Assembly (NCBI RefSeq): GCF_001194135.2 | Contig: NC_068981.1 | Span: forward strand, 113,118,035-113,153,293 | DNA from: Octopus bimaculoides | Taxonomy: Eukaryota | Direction: 5' to 3' | Length of the DNA stretch: 35,259 bases | Shown here: positions 1 through 10,044 of the stretch, piece after piece | Numbering within the stretch: the first letter of the stretch is position 1 | Layout: the number at the start of each line of letters is the position of its first letter | Program-made: the position numbers and the translations under genes | The notes under the pieces: generated by a model | The model's database searches: none | Told to the model about the DNA's origin: nothing | What the model saw: only the letters and a program-made list of their open reading frames with translations

Positions 1-1
1 A

Positions 2-654
2 CCTACAGACTCACAACAATACCTCCTTTTCAGCTCATGCCACCCAAAACACACCAAGATAAATATCCCCTTCAATTTAGCTAAAAGAATTTGCACCATT
101 GTCTCTGACCCACCACTCGAGAAATACGCTTACAAGACCTCAAAAAAACACTATTACAACGCCAATATCTCTCCAAACTCATAGATTTTGGAATAAAACG
201 TGCCAAGGAACTTGACAAAAACACACTAAAAACCAACCAACACAATAACACACCCAACCCCAAAATACTTCCATACATCTCCACCCACAACCCCCAAAAC
301 ATCAAAGCATACACTACAATTAAACAAAACCTCCCCTTATGCACCACAGACCCGAAAATGAACAATATCATCAATACACACAAAGTCCTTAAATGCAAAA
401 GGCAACACAAATCTTTGAAAAAACTCTTAACCAATGCCAAACTACATACACCACTTCCACCCCCATCAGTTAAAAAATGTGCATGCTTTAATTGTGGTAC
501 CTGCCCCTACCTACTTGAAGGCTCTGAATTTACCTTCAAACGAGGAACAAAATTTAAAATCAAAACCAATTTCTCTTGTTCCTCTGGGAACCTCATTTAT
601 GTCCTCACATGCTCAGGTTGCCAACACTTCTACATTTTCTCTAGGTTATTCTGA
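2..654 (+). pseudogene. PLE RT/GIY-YIG ORF relic (one frameshift, truncated at the YIG motif)
   Basis: Frame +2 to about 115, then frame +1 through ORF 358-654. LIYVLTC-x2-C-x3-YI is present but the rest of the nuclease is missing. Confidence 0.8.
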
Positions 655-1205
655 GTCTCTTCTATCTATCACTTTTTTGAAAACCTTAGCTTTAATTCTC
701 TTAATTTAGTCCTGTTTTTCTAACTTTATTCCTCTCCCTTTATTCCTCTTCCTTCTTCCCCCCTTTTTTTCTGTTTGGATTTTGGCCATTAATATTATAG
801 TTTTACTCATAAATAATACTACCCCACATTAATTTATATCTTATTTTAACTGGATATGTTTATCTTGTTCTAATTATTATTGTTACCTATAGTTTTAAAC
901 TTAGTAATTTAGTGTTTCATTGTATTATTCTATTTATACTGTAGAATAGATATATTTCTTTAATACTTTGACCTTAATTCCCTTACCTTAAATTTTTTCC
1001 AAATCCTTACCACTCCTTAGGGTATAGCCCTTCCATTTCCTTTTTTTTTTTTTCTTTCTTCCCTGATGCTTGATTTACCCCTAACCTGCTGTCCACCACT
1101 ACTTAACCTACCTTCCTCTAAATTTGAAATTGCTACTATCTCTCCTTTAGATTTTAAATTTTTGTTTGATTCACTTGTCTGTGAAACAGCAGCATAGTCG
1201 AGATG

Positions 1206-1282
1206 GTATGTTTTCTTCTCTTACTCTTGTTTTTTGCAAACATCTTCAAAATGACTTTCTAAAATGAAATTCCATTTTGCAG
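1206..1282 (+). other. Putative 77-nt spliceosomal intron in the PLE pLTR/UTR
   Basis: ATG(1203-1205)|GTATGT donor, pyrimidine-rich body, TTCTAAA branch-like motif near 1257, TTCCATTTTGCAG| acceptor. No transcript evidence. Confidence 0.4.
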
Positions 1283-1364
1283 CTGAGGAGTACATTTTCA
1301 TTGTACATTCTGTGGTGTTCTCACTACATGAATAAATGGAGCTTGTACGAAACGTACGTACTGC
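1279..1364 (+). ncRNA. Type I hammerhead ribozyme (intact core, GUA cleavage triplet)
   Basis: Helix I GCAG(1279-82)/CTGC(1361-64); core CTGAGGA 1283-89; helix II GTACA(1290-94)/TGTAC(1344-48) with a structured insert; GAAA 1349-52; palindromic helix III ACGTACGT 1352-59; predicted cut after A1360. Confidence 0.85.
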
Positions 1365-1493
1365 TATAACCTATTAAATTTTTGTTGCTTAGCTTCAAAT
1401 TTTATTCACCAAATCTCTTGATTTTGTTTTTGGTTTTTATCCTACCAAATTCTGGTGCCTCAAACATTTTAAGTACCACATTTAATCTTTTGA

Positions 1494-1498
<5 letters not shown>

Positions 1499-1562
<64 letters not shown>
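1499..1562. repeat. (TC)n(TA)n compound microsatellite
   Basis: Read directly from the sequence. Confidence 0.95.
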
Positions 1563-1569
<7 letters not shown>

Positions 1570-1654
1570 TTACTGAATTTTAGAACAAACTTTGTTTCAC
1601 ATTTAGACATTCTATAAATTTCAAACAAAATTAATTTACATTTTTATTTTTCAG

Positions 1655-1937
1655 CTATGTTCAAAGTTGGGTTGATGCTAGAGAAATACAATCAGAGAAA
1701 GCCATTTTGACAATACTTTTTGATAAATATATACCTCCTTGCTTGGATATTTTGCGAATTCGTTTTAAAAAAATTATTCCAATCACAGAATTTAGTCATG
1801 TGCAAATGCTGTGCTATTTACTGGAATGCTTAATCACACCAGAAAATGTACCACCAGATTCAACCAAAGAAGTCTATGAGTATTATTTTGTGTTTGCATG
1901 TATATGGGCTTTTGGAAGTACCATGTTTCGTGACCAG
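1655..1937 (+). CDS. DNAH9/11/17-like: Axonemal dynein heavy chain (outer-arm beta type), internal exon A, AAA2 C-terminal region
   Basis: tttttcag|C acceptor, |gtaaaa donor. Encodes [31 protein letters not shown]...[18 protein letters not shown], matching the DNAH9/17 motif [12 protein letters not shown]...YFVFAAIWAFGG. Confidence 0.93.
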
Positions 1938-2078
1938 GTAAAATTTTCTGCTTCCTTGCTTGACTGACCTCATCTAATTTTAATCTAATTAATAGCAGTT
2001 AATAACAGTAATTAAAAAGTATGCATAAAACAATGTGTTAAAAAAAAATTCTAAAAACCTTTATTTATTTATTTTGTT

Positions 2079-2291
2079 TTCAGATAACTTTATCAAATAT
2101 AATGCTTATTTATTCACATTGATTTGAAGAAATCATGTATTATCTCATAGCTTTCAGATTTCAATGATGTAACGGTTTAGTTTTAGAATACCATTGTAAG
2201 ATAGGTGTAGAAGGCTGGATCTGGCCAATTTGAACATAAAACAGATAGAACATTTGTGCCTGATATGGCAGCTTAAATGCTAAAGGGTTAA
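2079..2291. mobile_element. piggyBac-like MITE remnant (right end intact)
   Basis: Ends ...TTAAATGCTAAAGGG|TTAA, i.e. a CCCTTTAGCATTTAA terminus on the minus strand with a TTAA target at 2288-2291. The left terminus is not recognisable, so the start is approximate. Confidence 0.5.
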
Positions 2292-2474
2292 CTATTTTTA
2301 AATACAAGAGGATACATTTAAAATGTTGCATTTTCTTAAACAATTCATAGGAAAGGAAAGGCATAACTTCACATCATAATCTCTCACTAACATCATTACT
2401 TTCATCATAAGATAATCATGATAAAGATGGGTTTTTGTCCAGAAAGTAATATCATGATATATATTGTATTTTAG

Positions 2475-2648
2475 CTTGTGGACTATAGGAATGAATTTTC
2501 AAAGTGGTGGATAACAGAATTCAAATCAATAAAGTTTCCTGGTCAAGGTACTGTGTTTGATTACTACATTGATTCAGAGACAAAAAAATTTGAGCACTGG
2601 TCTAAGAAAGTGAATCCATTTGAGTTTGATCCAGATATTCCTCTCAAG
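2475..2648 (+). CDS. DNAH9/11/17-like: Dynein heavy chain exon B (not in the ORF track)
   Basis: attttag|CTT...AAG|gtatga, 174 nt, phase 0/0. Encodes LVDYRNEFSKWWITEFKSIKFPGQGTVFDYYIDSETKKFEHWSKKVNPFEFDPDIPLK, continuing exon A in frame. Confidence 0.95.
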
Positions 2649-4029
2649 GTATGATTAGTTTTCATTTAAACATCTTAAATACATTCCTTTTATAATATTG
2701 CACTTTTAACTAAATACATTAACTGTTTAGTTACTATGTTCTTTAGCACTTTTATACATTTTTAATTGTTGCATTTGAAAGCATATGGTATGTGGAGTTG
2801 TTGTAAGTTTAAGGTGCTCATCTACCACTCACTTCGTTTTAAATTAAAACTGTGTTAAACTATTGCATTGATGTGCAAGATGTTATATCTTACACTATCT
2901 CAGTATTTGTTCCTAAAATGTTTATGACTGAGTGGTAATCTGTATGTAGAAGCTTCCATCTTTAAGAATACTTGTTCCAACAATTCATATATTCTTTTAC
3001 CTAAACCTAATTCTAATCCTACCACTAGGTTGTGGCTGTGATCCTCCTAGGATAAATAACTAAATCTCTGAAAAATATAAACCCACTGGCTGAAGTATTT
3101 AACAATACTGTAATATTGTATCAAAGTAATACAGCAAGAAGTTTGAAGATAATTTGACTGCTATTTCTACAATATCTAGCAACCATACGGAGGTCTCCCT
3201 CATTGGCACATGAATATATATATATGTATAGAATATGAATTTAAGGAGATAAAATAAAGCAGTGGTTTCTGTCAAGTCTAGTTACATCATAATGACTTCC
3301 TTTAATTCATTTGTATGCTCACTTCACTATGCTTGCAAGAGTTATATAGATCTTCTCTAACATAGTTTTGTTTCTTGTGAGATTCAACATTCTGAAGTTA
3401 GTTTTCACCACTCCTGCCCATGTCTTTCTTGACCTTCCTCTTCTGCACTTTTCTTTCATCTTTCATTGGATCTCCTAATGTTCCTTTATCCATCTGTCAT
3501 AATCCATATGCATATGTACTAGTCTTATACTCGGGCTTTTTTTTGTTGTTGTTTTTTCGCAACCCATTTGTACTATGATTTTTATACTGCTAACATAACA
3601 CATCTGGCTGAACATCTTTGCTTTGTTTCCTTCAACAGTTTTCACATACTTTTTCATTCAGAGGCCTTTATCTTACTACCACTGTGTGTGTGGTTTAAGC
3701 TGCTATTCTTATCAGGTTAAATTATAATAGTTAAGTCTTCCTCCATTGCCTTATATGTGCTAGTTGTGATTGGTGTAAGATTTGGATGATATCTGTCATG
3801 TTTAGCTACCACAGAGTGGTATCTCTTTGGATCATAATACAGTAGAATATTTTGAAATAGATTTTGCTATTTTTGACAGGTCATGATACTCTGTAGAACC
3901 TTGCTCATTGGCTTATCCAGTGTTACTCAAGTAGAAACATATATAAAATGGTTTTGCTATACAAAACATGAAACAATTCATGTATTATTTGTAGGCTTGT
4001 CATTTTCCTGCACTATGTCACCTTTTGTC

Positions 4030-4244
4030 TTATTCATAAACAATGTTGCACATTTTCCTGGAGCATAAGAAAAAATGCATTACCTTCCAATTCTCATTCA
4101 TGCAACAAAAAGTTACCCCAGCAACAGATAAAATTTGACCCTGTGATTTATTTATGGGGACAGCAAAGTTGAATTTTACGAAATGGCAGCCTTTTATATA
4201 CAAGTTAGGTATTTTTGAGTCAGATGGTATCAAAGATATTCTGG
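4030..4244 (-). mobile_element. Helitron Rep/Hel (Pif1-type helicase) C-terminal relic
   Basis: Minus strand reads PRISLIPSD...FAVPINKSQGQILSVAGV...NIVYE*, resembling the Helitron motifs PRIPLIP / FAMTINKSQGQTL / NIVY. Confidence 0.7.
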
Positions 4245-4746
4245 CTATAAAGTCATCTTCTCACATAGAACAACCAGTCAAAATAGTAACCTGAATGTTA
4301 TGAAGTAGTAATTTTTCAAAAAGTCAAATGCTGTATCTTTGAGGTTCATGAGAGTGACATTAATTAGAGGTGAATTTAAACATTAATTTTTATAATTATT
4401 TAATATAACCCCAATTAAAAATTATCATCTGCTCAGAATTTAAAAGATAGAGATAGTTCAGTTTTTCCAGTTAGTTTTAGCTTAAAAAGTTGCTGTGTAT
4501 GTGTTTGCAAGAGGGAGTGATGAGGAAACAAAAGAATGAATGTCATAAGGAAGGAAAAGAAAGTTCTTCTCTCTCTCTTACTGCCCTTCCACATTTCTCC
4601 ATCTCTTTTCTTGACTTGAACACTTCTCTCTCTTCAACCTTTGAGATACATAAATCAGCAACTATATATAGAAATGGAAGAAGATTGATTTTATCTTAAA
4701 AGTGTTCAGTTTGGTAATGAAGATTTTAATATTTCTATTGTTTTAG

Positions 4747-5052
4747 TCTACATTGGTGCCAATAACTGAAACTACATGTATTCGATACTTCTTGGATATT
4801 CTCATTACTGCCAAACGACCTGTGATGCTTGTTGGTACAGCTGGAAGTGGTAAATCTGTCCTCATGCAGGATAAACTGATATCATTACCAGAAGCCTACA
4901 TGACTATCAATGTACCTTTTAATTTCTATACAACATCTCAGTTGCTGCAGGATATCCTGGAAAAACCTTTAGAGAAGAAAGCTGGTCGTAATTATGGACC
5001 TATTGGCAATAAGCAACTTATTTATTTTGTGGATGACATGAACATGCCTGAG
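4747..5052 (+). CDS. DNAH9/11/17-like: Dynein heavy chain exon C, AAA3 Walker A and B
   Basis: ttttag|TCT...GAG|gtaagc, 306 nt. Contains [14 protein letters not shown] (P-loop 4834-4857), [15 protein letters not shown] and [12 protein letters not shown]. Confidence 0.97.
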
Positions 5053-5670
5053 GTAAGCTAACTTTGGGAGTAAACTTTGAACAGTGTTCGATTTAATGAA
5101 TGGCTTTATCATAGATTTTCTTCTCTGATATTATATTTTTGCATTTATATTGTTAAGTCTATTTTCTCCCTATTTCTCTTCACTAAACAACCACTAAATC
5201 CTAAAACAGATCTCTGTTAACCTCACCAATCTTACTTCTCTCCTTTTCTATGTTTACCTTATGCAGCACCTGTTCTTATGTGTTACAAAATTTCTACCAC
5301 ATCCTCTTCATATACTTTCAGTTTTATTTTTAAAGGCTTTTAGATAATTGTTAGAGCATTGAAAAATGGTCTTGCAGTAGCTGTTCCAGATCTTTCTGTT
5401 CTATGTTCAGAATACCAATAATATTTTAATTTCCATTCATCCAAGGTTGATAAAATAAAGTAACAGTCAAGTATTGGGGTCAATATAATTGACAAACAAC
5501 ACTCTCCCCAAATTTCTGGGTTTGAATCTGTTTGAAGTTTCTTGCTGTTGTCATCAGCATTGCTGTTGCTATCATTATCATCATTGCCGTAGTGGCAGTG
5601 GTATCAGGTGAGCTGTCTGAACTTTTAGCACATTGGGCAAAATGCTTGGTGGCATTTCGTCTGTCTTCAT

Positions 5671-5814
5671 GTCCTGGGACCAAATTCTGTCAATGTTGAC
5701 TTCGTTTTTCATCCTTTTGGGGATTGATAAAATAAGTTGCAGTTGAACACTGGAGTTGATGAAATCAACTTACCTTTCCCCCGAAATTGCTGGCCTTTTA
5801 CCAAAATTTAAAAC
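5671..5814 (+). mobile_element. SINE body (TTTCATCCTTT-GGGG...GATAAAATAAGT family) ending in a (TAT)n tail
   Basis: The same motif recurs degenerately near 5430, 25270, 32045 and 32200. Confidence 0.55.
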
Positions 5815-5899
<85 letters not shown>

Positions 5900-6012
5900 G
5901 TTATTGTTATTGTTATTGTTATTGTTGTTGTTGTTGTTGTTGTTATTAGTAGTATTAGTAGTAGTAGTAGTAGTAGTTGTAGTTGTAGAAGAAGAAGAAG
6001 AATGATGATGAT
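5815..6012. repeat. Compound trinucleotide microsatellite (TAT)n-(TGT)n-(TAG)n-(GAA)n-(GAT)n
   Basis: Read directly; source of the poly-I/L/V spurious ORFs. Confidence 0.95.
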
Positions 6013-6497
6013 AGTGGTCATTGTACTATGAAGACATGGCAACTTGGAGCTTCATAGGCTGTGAGAGATTTCCAATCTTTTCTACCTGTTAAACCTATGT
6101 TCATTCATTTTATTTGTTGTTAACATTGTCTGGACTATGGTGGCAGTATTTTTGTTTAAAGACATTCCCTGTTTTGCAGGAGATGCACATCTTCAAAAAA
6201 TAGTATTTTGACATTTTCCAAGCGTTTTAACACATCTCAGAAAAAGCTTTTGTAATAATAATCAACTAGCTGGACCCATGAACACTTCATGGAAAACATA
6301 AAAAATGTAAGCATCTGTAAATTGTGTGCTGGTGCCAGGAGAAATGTTTCTATATTGTGACAGTTACAGAATATGGAACGAAGTGTAAAACCTATAACTA
6401 TATTATCCAACCAAAACACAATTACTATTTAGCCTTAAAATACATCACACATATTCAAAGAACCTTCTTGGTTTAGTGGTACAGAACATTCTTCTGG

Positions 6498-6700
6498 TAT
6501 TCTTTTATTCTTTTACTTGTTTCAGTCATTTGTTTGTGGCCATGCTGGAACACCACCCTTTCAATCAACCCCTGGACTTATTCCCTGTAAGCCAGGTGCT
6601 TATTCTATTAGTTTCTTCTGCCGAGCAGCTAAGTTACAGAGACACAAACACAAGCAATGGTGGTGGTGATGGTGGGGACAAACACACACACACATAAATA
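6498..6700 (-). mobile_element. tRNA-derived SINE (family 1), 3' half
   Basis: Reverse complement matches the 3' halves at 24530-24720, 30580-30800 and 33140-33340 (CCAGCATGGCC...AAATGACTGAAACAAGT). Confidence 0.8.
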
Positions 6701-6706
6701 TATATA

Positions 6707-6847
6707 TAAATTCAAAAGGATATAATGAACAAACATCCTAGTTAGACAATCATCTTTGTAACATCCCCATATCATCACATTATTGAACATAGATACACAT
6801 TAAAACACCAGGGCATTCAACATATAAATCCCAAAAGCATAAATATA

Positions 6848-6848
<1 letters not shown>
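6707..6848 (+). repeat. Inverted repeat, left arm (about 140 bp; partner 9238-9378)
   Basis: Roughly 85-90% identical by eye to the reverse complement of 9238-9378. Confidence 0.9.
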
Positions 6849-6888
<40 letters not shown>

Positions 6889-7497
6889 NNNNNNNNNNNN
6901 NNNNNNNNNNNNNNNNNNNNNNNNNNNNNNNNNNNNNNNNNNNNNNNNNNNNNNNNNNNNNNNNNNNNNNNNNNNNNNNNNNNNNNNNNNNNNNNNNNNN
7001 NNNNNNNNNNNNNNNNNNNNNNNNNNNNNNNNNNNNNNNNNNNNNNNNNNNNNNNNNNNNNNNNNNNNNNNNNNNNNNNNNNNNNNNNNNNNNNNNNNNN
7101 NNNNNNNNNNNNNNNNNNNNNNNNNNNNNNNNNNNNNNNNNNNNNNNNNNNNNNNNNNNNNNNNNNNNNNNNNNNNNNNNNNNNNNNNNNNNNNNNNNNN
7201 NNNNNNNNNNNNNNNNNNNNNNNNNNNNNNNNNNNNNNNNNNNNNNNNNNNNNNNNNNNNNNNNNNNNNNNNNNNNNNNNNNNNNNNNNNNNNNNNNNNN
7301 NNNNNNNNNNNNNNNNNNNNNNNNNNNNNNNNNNNNNNNNNNNNNNNNNNNNNNNNNNNNNNNNNNNNNNNNNNNNNNNNNNNNNNNNNNNNNNNNNNNN
7401 NNNNNNNNNNNNNNNNNNNNNNNNNNNNNNNNNNNNNNNNNNNNNNNNNNNNNNNNNNNNNNNNNNNNNNNNNNNNNNNNNNNNNNNNNNNNNNNNN
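6889..7497. other. Assembly gap (609 N); other gaps at 10301-10310, 29929-29938 and 33978-34141
   Basis: N runs. Confidence 1.
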
Positions 7498-9010
7498 CCC
7501 CCACTTTTTTTCACTTAGGGTTAGAAATTTACCTGCTTTATTCTTTAAAATATTGAAAGATAATTTCCCTAAGAGCCATAAGTATTACTTGCTGTAATAG
7601 GTTGTCGATTACATTTTCTCACTCAGTGACTCCAAACTTGGGATCTGTTATTGCATTTTCTAATAGAAGCAAAATAAATGGACAGGTAAATTTGGCACAT
7701 TCTTCTAATGTAGGTTCTAATATTAGTGCTAATAGCATTTTTAATATAACAGGGGACAATGCTGAATTATTGCACTCATCAGCATCTCCAGGTATTGACA
7801 GATCAACACCTGGGAATAACTATACAGGAAACAAAATAGATCACAATAGCAATATTGAGATTAGTAGGGTCCAGGGAATTAACCGTAATTTCAGAACTCC
7901 TGACTTAAGGGGTTCTGATTAAGAAAAAATGTAGTGTATAAGTGTACAATCCCTCCAGAGGTAGATGTTGCCTGGCTGGTGGCTGCCATCCTTTTTGAAC
8001 TAAAAGAAAAGATTGTGGTCCTCCACGAAACTCGTTTTCCACTGAGGTTTTGGTAAGGGCAAGGTCTGGAGATGTTAATCCAAGCTGCCCCGGAGAACTT
8101 AGGAAGGTTGGTGGGCAGAGAAGTGCAACTGAGAGAACTGAGAAATGCAACTGTCTATCACAAAGACAAGAAAAACACAGAAAACTGTGAATAGTGCAGA
8201 AGTATGTTAGGTTGGGACAGAGAAAGAAGAGGAAAATCAGTCACCAATCCTGACCCTGCCCCACCTGACAGAGAAAAAATGCAGACAGACAGGAGCATGA
8301 AATACCCCATTCCCCTCCCCCCAAAATGCCATGTAATAATGATTATGAAAAGTTGAATGTGCCTATAAAGGTGGACATGCATTGTGAAATCTAGCTGAAG
8401 GAGAAAAACAGGAAAAGAAAGTTTATTGACACAGACAATAGGTAAGCTGTCAAGTATTTTTTGAAACCATAAATGTAGGTAACTGCTGTTTTTTGAAATT
8501 ACATTTGTGTAACCACCGGTTAAATAAGTTTAAAAAGTTTAAATGAGGTCTCTTGGATGGTGAGGTTCAAGTGGCCTTCATTACATCTATTCATTTTTAT
8601 TCATATCATCCGTCTCATTTGTTTATTTTTCCTCACCGATGTATGTATCTGTCTTTGTGTGCTATCCTCTTTGTGTGTGCTGGCCCTCCCATGTTTAGCC
8701 TCTAGTAGGCAATAAAGAATTATGACAAACAACTACAATGTGAAACATCCTTGAAGATAATTTTCTTGGTGAAAGGGCCAGTGTTTGTTTGCTTCCTTAA
8801 TGTTTGATGCATTATTGAAATTTGGCGATGTCCTTTGAAACGGCTGTAGAAATGGACTCTGAATGGACTTTTTTGTGATTATCATCTTATATTATTTAAT
8901 TTTTATCATTTTCAACCTTTTAGTTGTTGTTTATATGCATAAATTTATTACATGTAATATAAACATATGATTCCGTTTATATTACCTTTGCAGGTTTTAT
9001 CACCGTTTGT
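7498..9010 (+). mobile_element. Second, degenerate Penelope-like element (post-RT region plus 3' UTR with decayed hammerhead)
   Basis: PHFFSLRVRNLPALFFKILKDNFPKSHKYYLL/NRLSITFSHSVTPNLGSVI resembles the PLE segment FNPPYS-NV-TN-G--FL-L-DKHFP--HK--KIFNRN--K-SYSC-PN. An N/S-rich linker follows (ORF 7602-7922). Probably interrupted by other fragments near 7900-8400 and 8640-8720. Confidence 0.5.
8762..8852 (+). ncRNA. Degenerate type I hammerhead motif
   Basis: Helix I TTTC/GAAA; core TTGGTGA (C3U, A6G); helix II AAGGG(8773-77)/CCTTT(8832-36); GAAA 8837-40; helix III ACGGCTGT, one transition from the palindrome ACGGCCGT; GTA triplet 8846-48. Confidence 0.45.
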
Positions 9011-9015
9011 ATATG

Positions 9016-9058
<43 letters not shown>

Positions 9059-9062
<4 letters not shown>

Positions 9063-9127
9063 TAAATATATAGGGATTAGCAGGAGCTGCTTCTCCAACA
9101 TACTGCTAATCCCTGTATATTTATGAT
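9059..9127. repeat. 25-bp-stem hairpin directly after a (TA)n tract
   Basis: ATCATAAATATATAGGGATTAGCAG / CTGCTAATCCCTGTATATTTATGAT, 24 of 25 Watson-Crick pairs plus one G-T, 19-nt loop. Confidence 0.9.
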
Positions 9128-9237
9128 TATAAATGGTTTTACCGATAAAGGTTTTTTCATACTGAGCTACTCGGCAAAATTGTTAATTATTAATTTTATT
9201 ACTAATTGACGATTCCCTGCCCTATATATATATATAT

Positions 9238-9378
9238 ATATATATTTATGCTTTTGGAATTTATATGTTGAATGCCCTGGTGTTTTAATTAGTATTTATG
9301 TTCAATAATATGATGATATGAGGATGTTATAAAGTTTGACCAACTAGGACATTTGTTCATTATATCTTTTTGAATTTA
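9238..9378 (-). repeat. Inverted repeat, right arm (partner 6707-6848)
   Basis: See left arm. Confidence 0.9.
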
Positions 9379-10044
9379 TTTTCTTTGTCTCAGTTTTACT
9401 TGGCCACTTATACCTGCAGCTCTATATTTATTTTTTCAGTTTCTATTAGAGAAGCAAAAGTATAAAGATTATTATTTATTATATATATATATGTTATTTA
9501 TATATTTATATGTTTGTGTATGTATGTGTACGTGTGTTTATATGTATGTGTATGTATAGGTATACGGATATATATGCATATATATATATATATATATGTG
9601 TGTGTGTTCGTATGTATATATGAGTGTGAGTTTTGACGTGGGTATGTATATAAATATACATACATGAACTTATGGGAGTAAATGTGGATTTGTTTGTGTG
9701 TATATATGAGCATACACATAAGTATAAATGATTATATACACTCATCTCAATATTTTTGTAGAAACACAAGATTAAAACCATTTATAATGCCTTTTTATTA
9801 CATAACATTCCTCTCCAATTTTTATCGGATTTATATCAGCCTATCTTCTCCCAACTCTACACTCTGAATTTTCTTTCTCTTTTTTTCTTTTCTCTTTTCT
9901 TTTTTTCTTCCCTTCTTGTCCAACGTACTATCTGATAGCGTCCTAATCTCCAACGGTTTTTTCAAATGAATTATGTTATAACCTTCTCCAACTATAGTTA
10001 TCATACTCGGTCATAATGTCTTACGTTTAAGATGGTTCCCTTAC

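Larger units (their letters stand above)
1..1499 (+). mobile_element. Penelope-like retroelement (PLE) 3' part: RT C-terminus, linker, truncated GIY-YIG endonuclease, T-rich 3' UTR/pLTR with hammerhead
   Basis: Translation PTDSQQYLLFSSCHPKHTKINIPFNLAKRICTIVSD, one frameshift near 110-117, then ...KCACFNCGTCPYLLEGS...NFSCSSGNLIYVLTCSGCQHFYI. This matches the PLE thumb, Cys-linker and GIY-YIG start. Hammerhead at 1279-1364. The element runs off the window's left edge. Confidence 0.85.

Noticed and set aside
81-440. 119-aa hydrophobic minus-strand ORF
   Set aside because: Antisense shadow of the A/C-rich PLE ORF.
5756-6042. Poly-I/L/V ORFs, and similar ORFs at 6780-7597, 9498-9781, 20850-21278, 26164-26525 and 33264-33866
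   Set aside because: They arise from microsatellites, low complexity or N-gaps; no domain signal.
7776-7782. Perfect CUGAUGA on the minus strand
   Set aside because: No GAAA or helix III follows the candidate helix II, so it is not a hammerhead.
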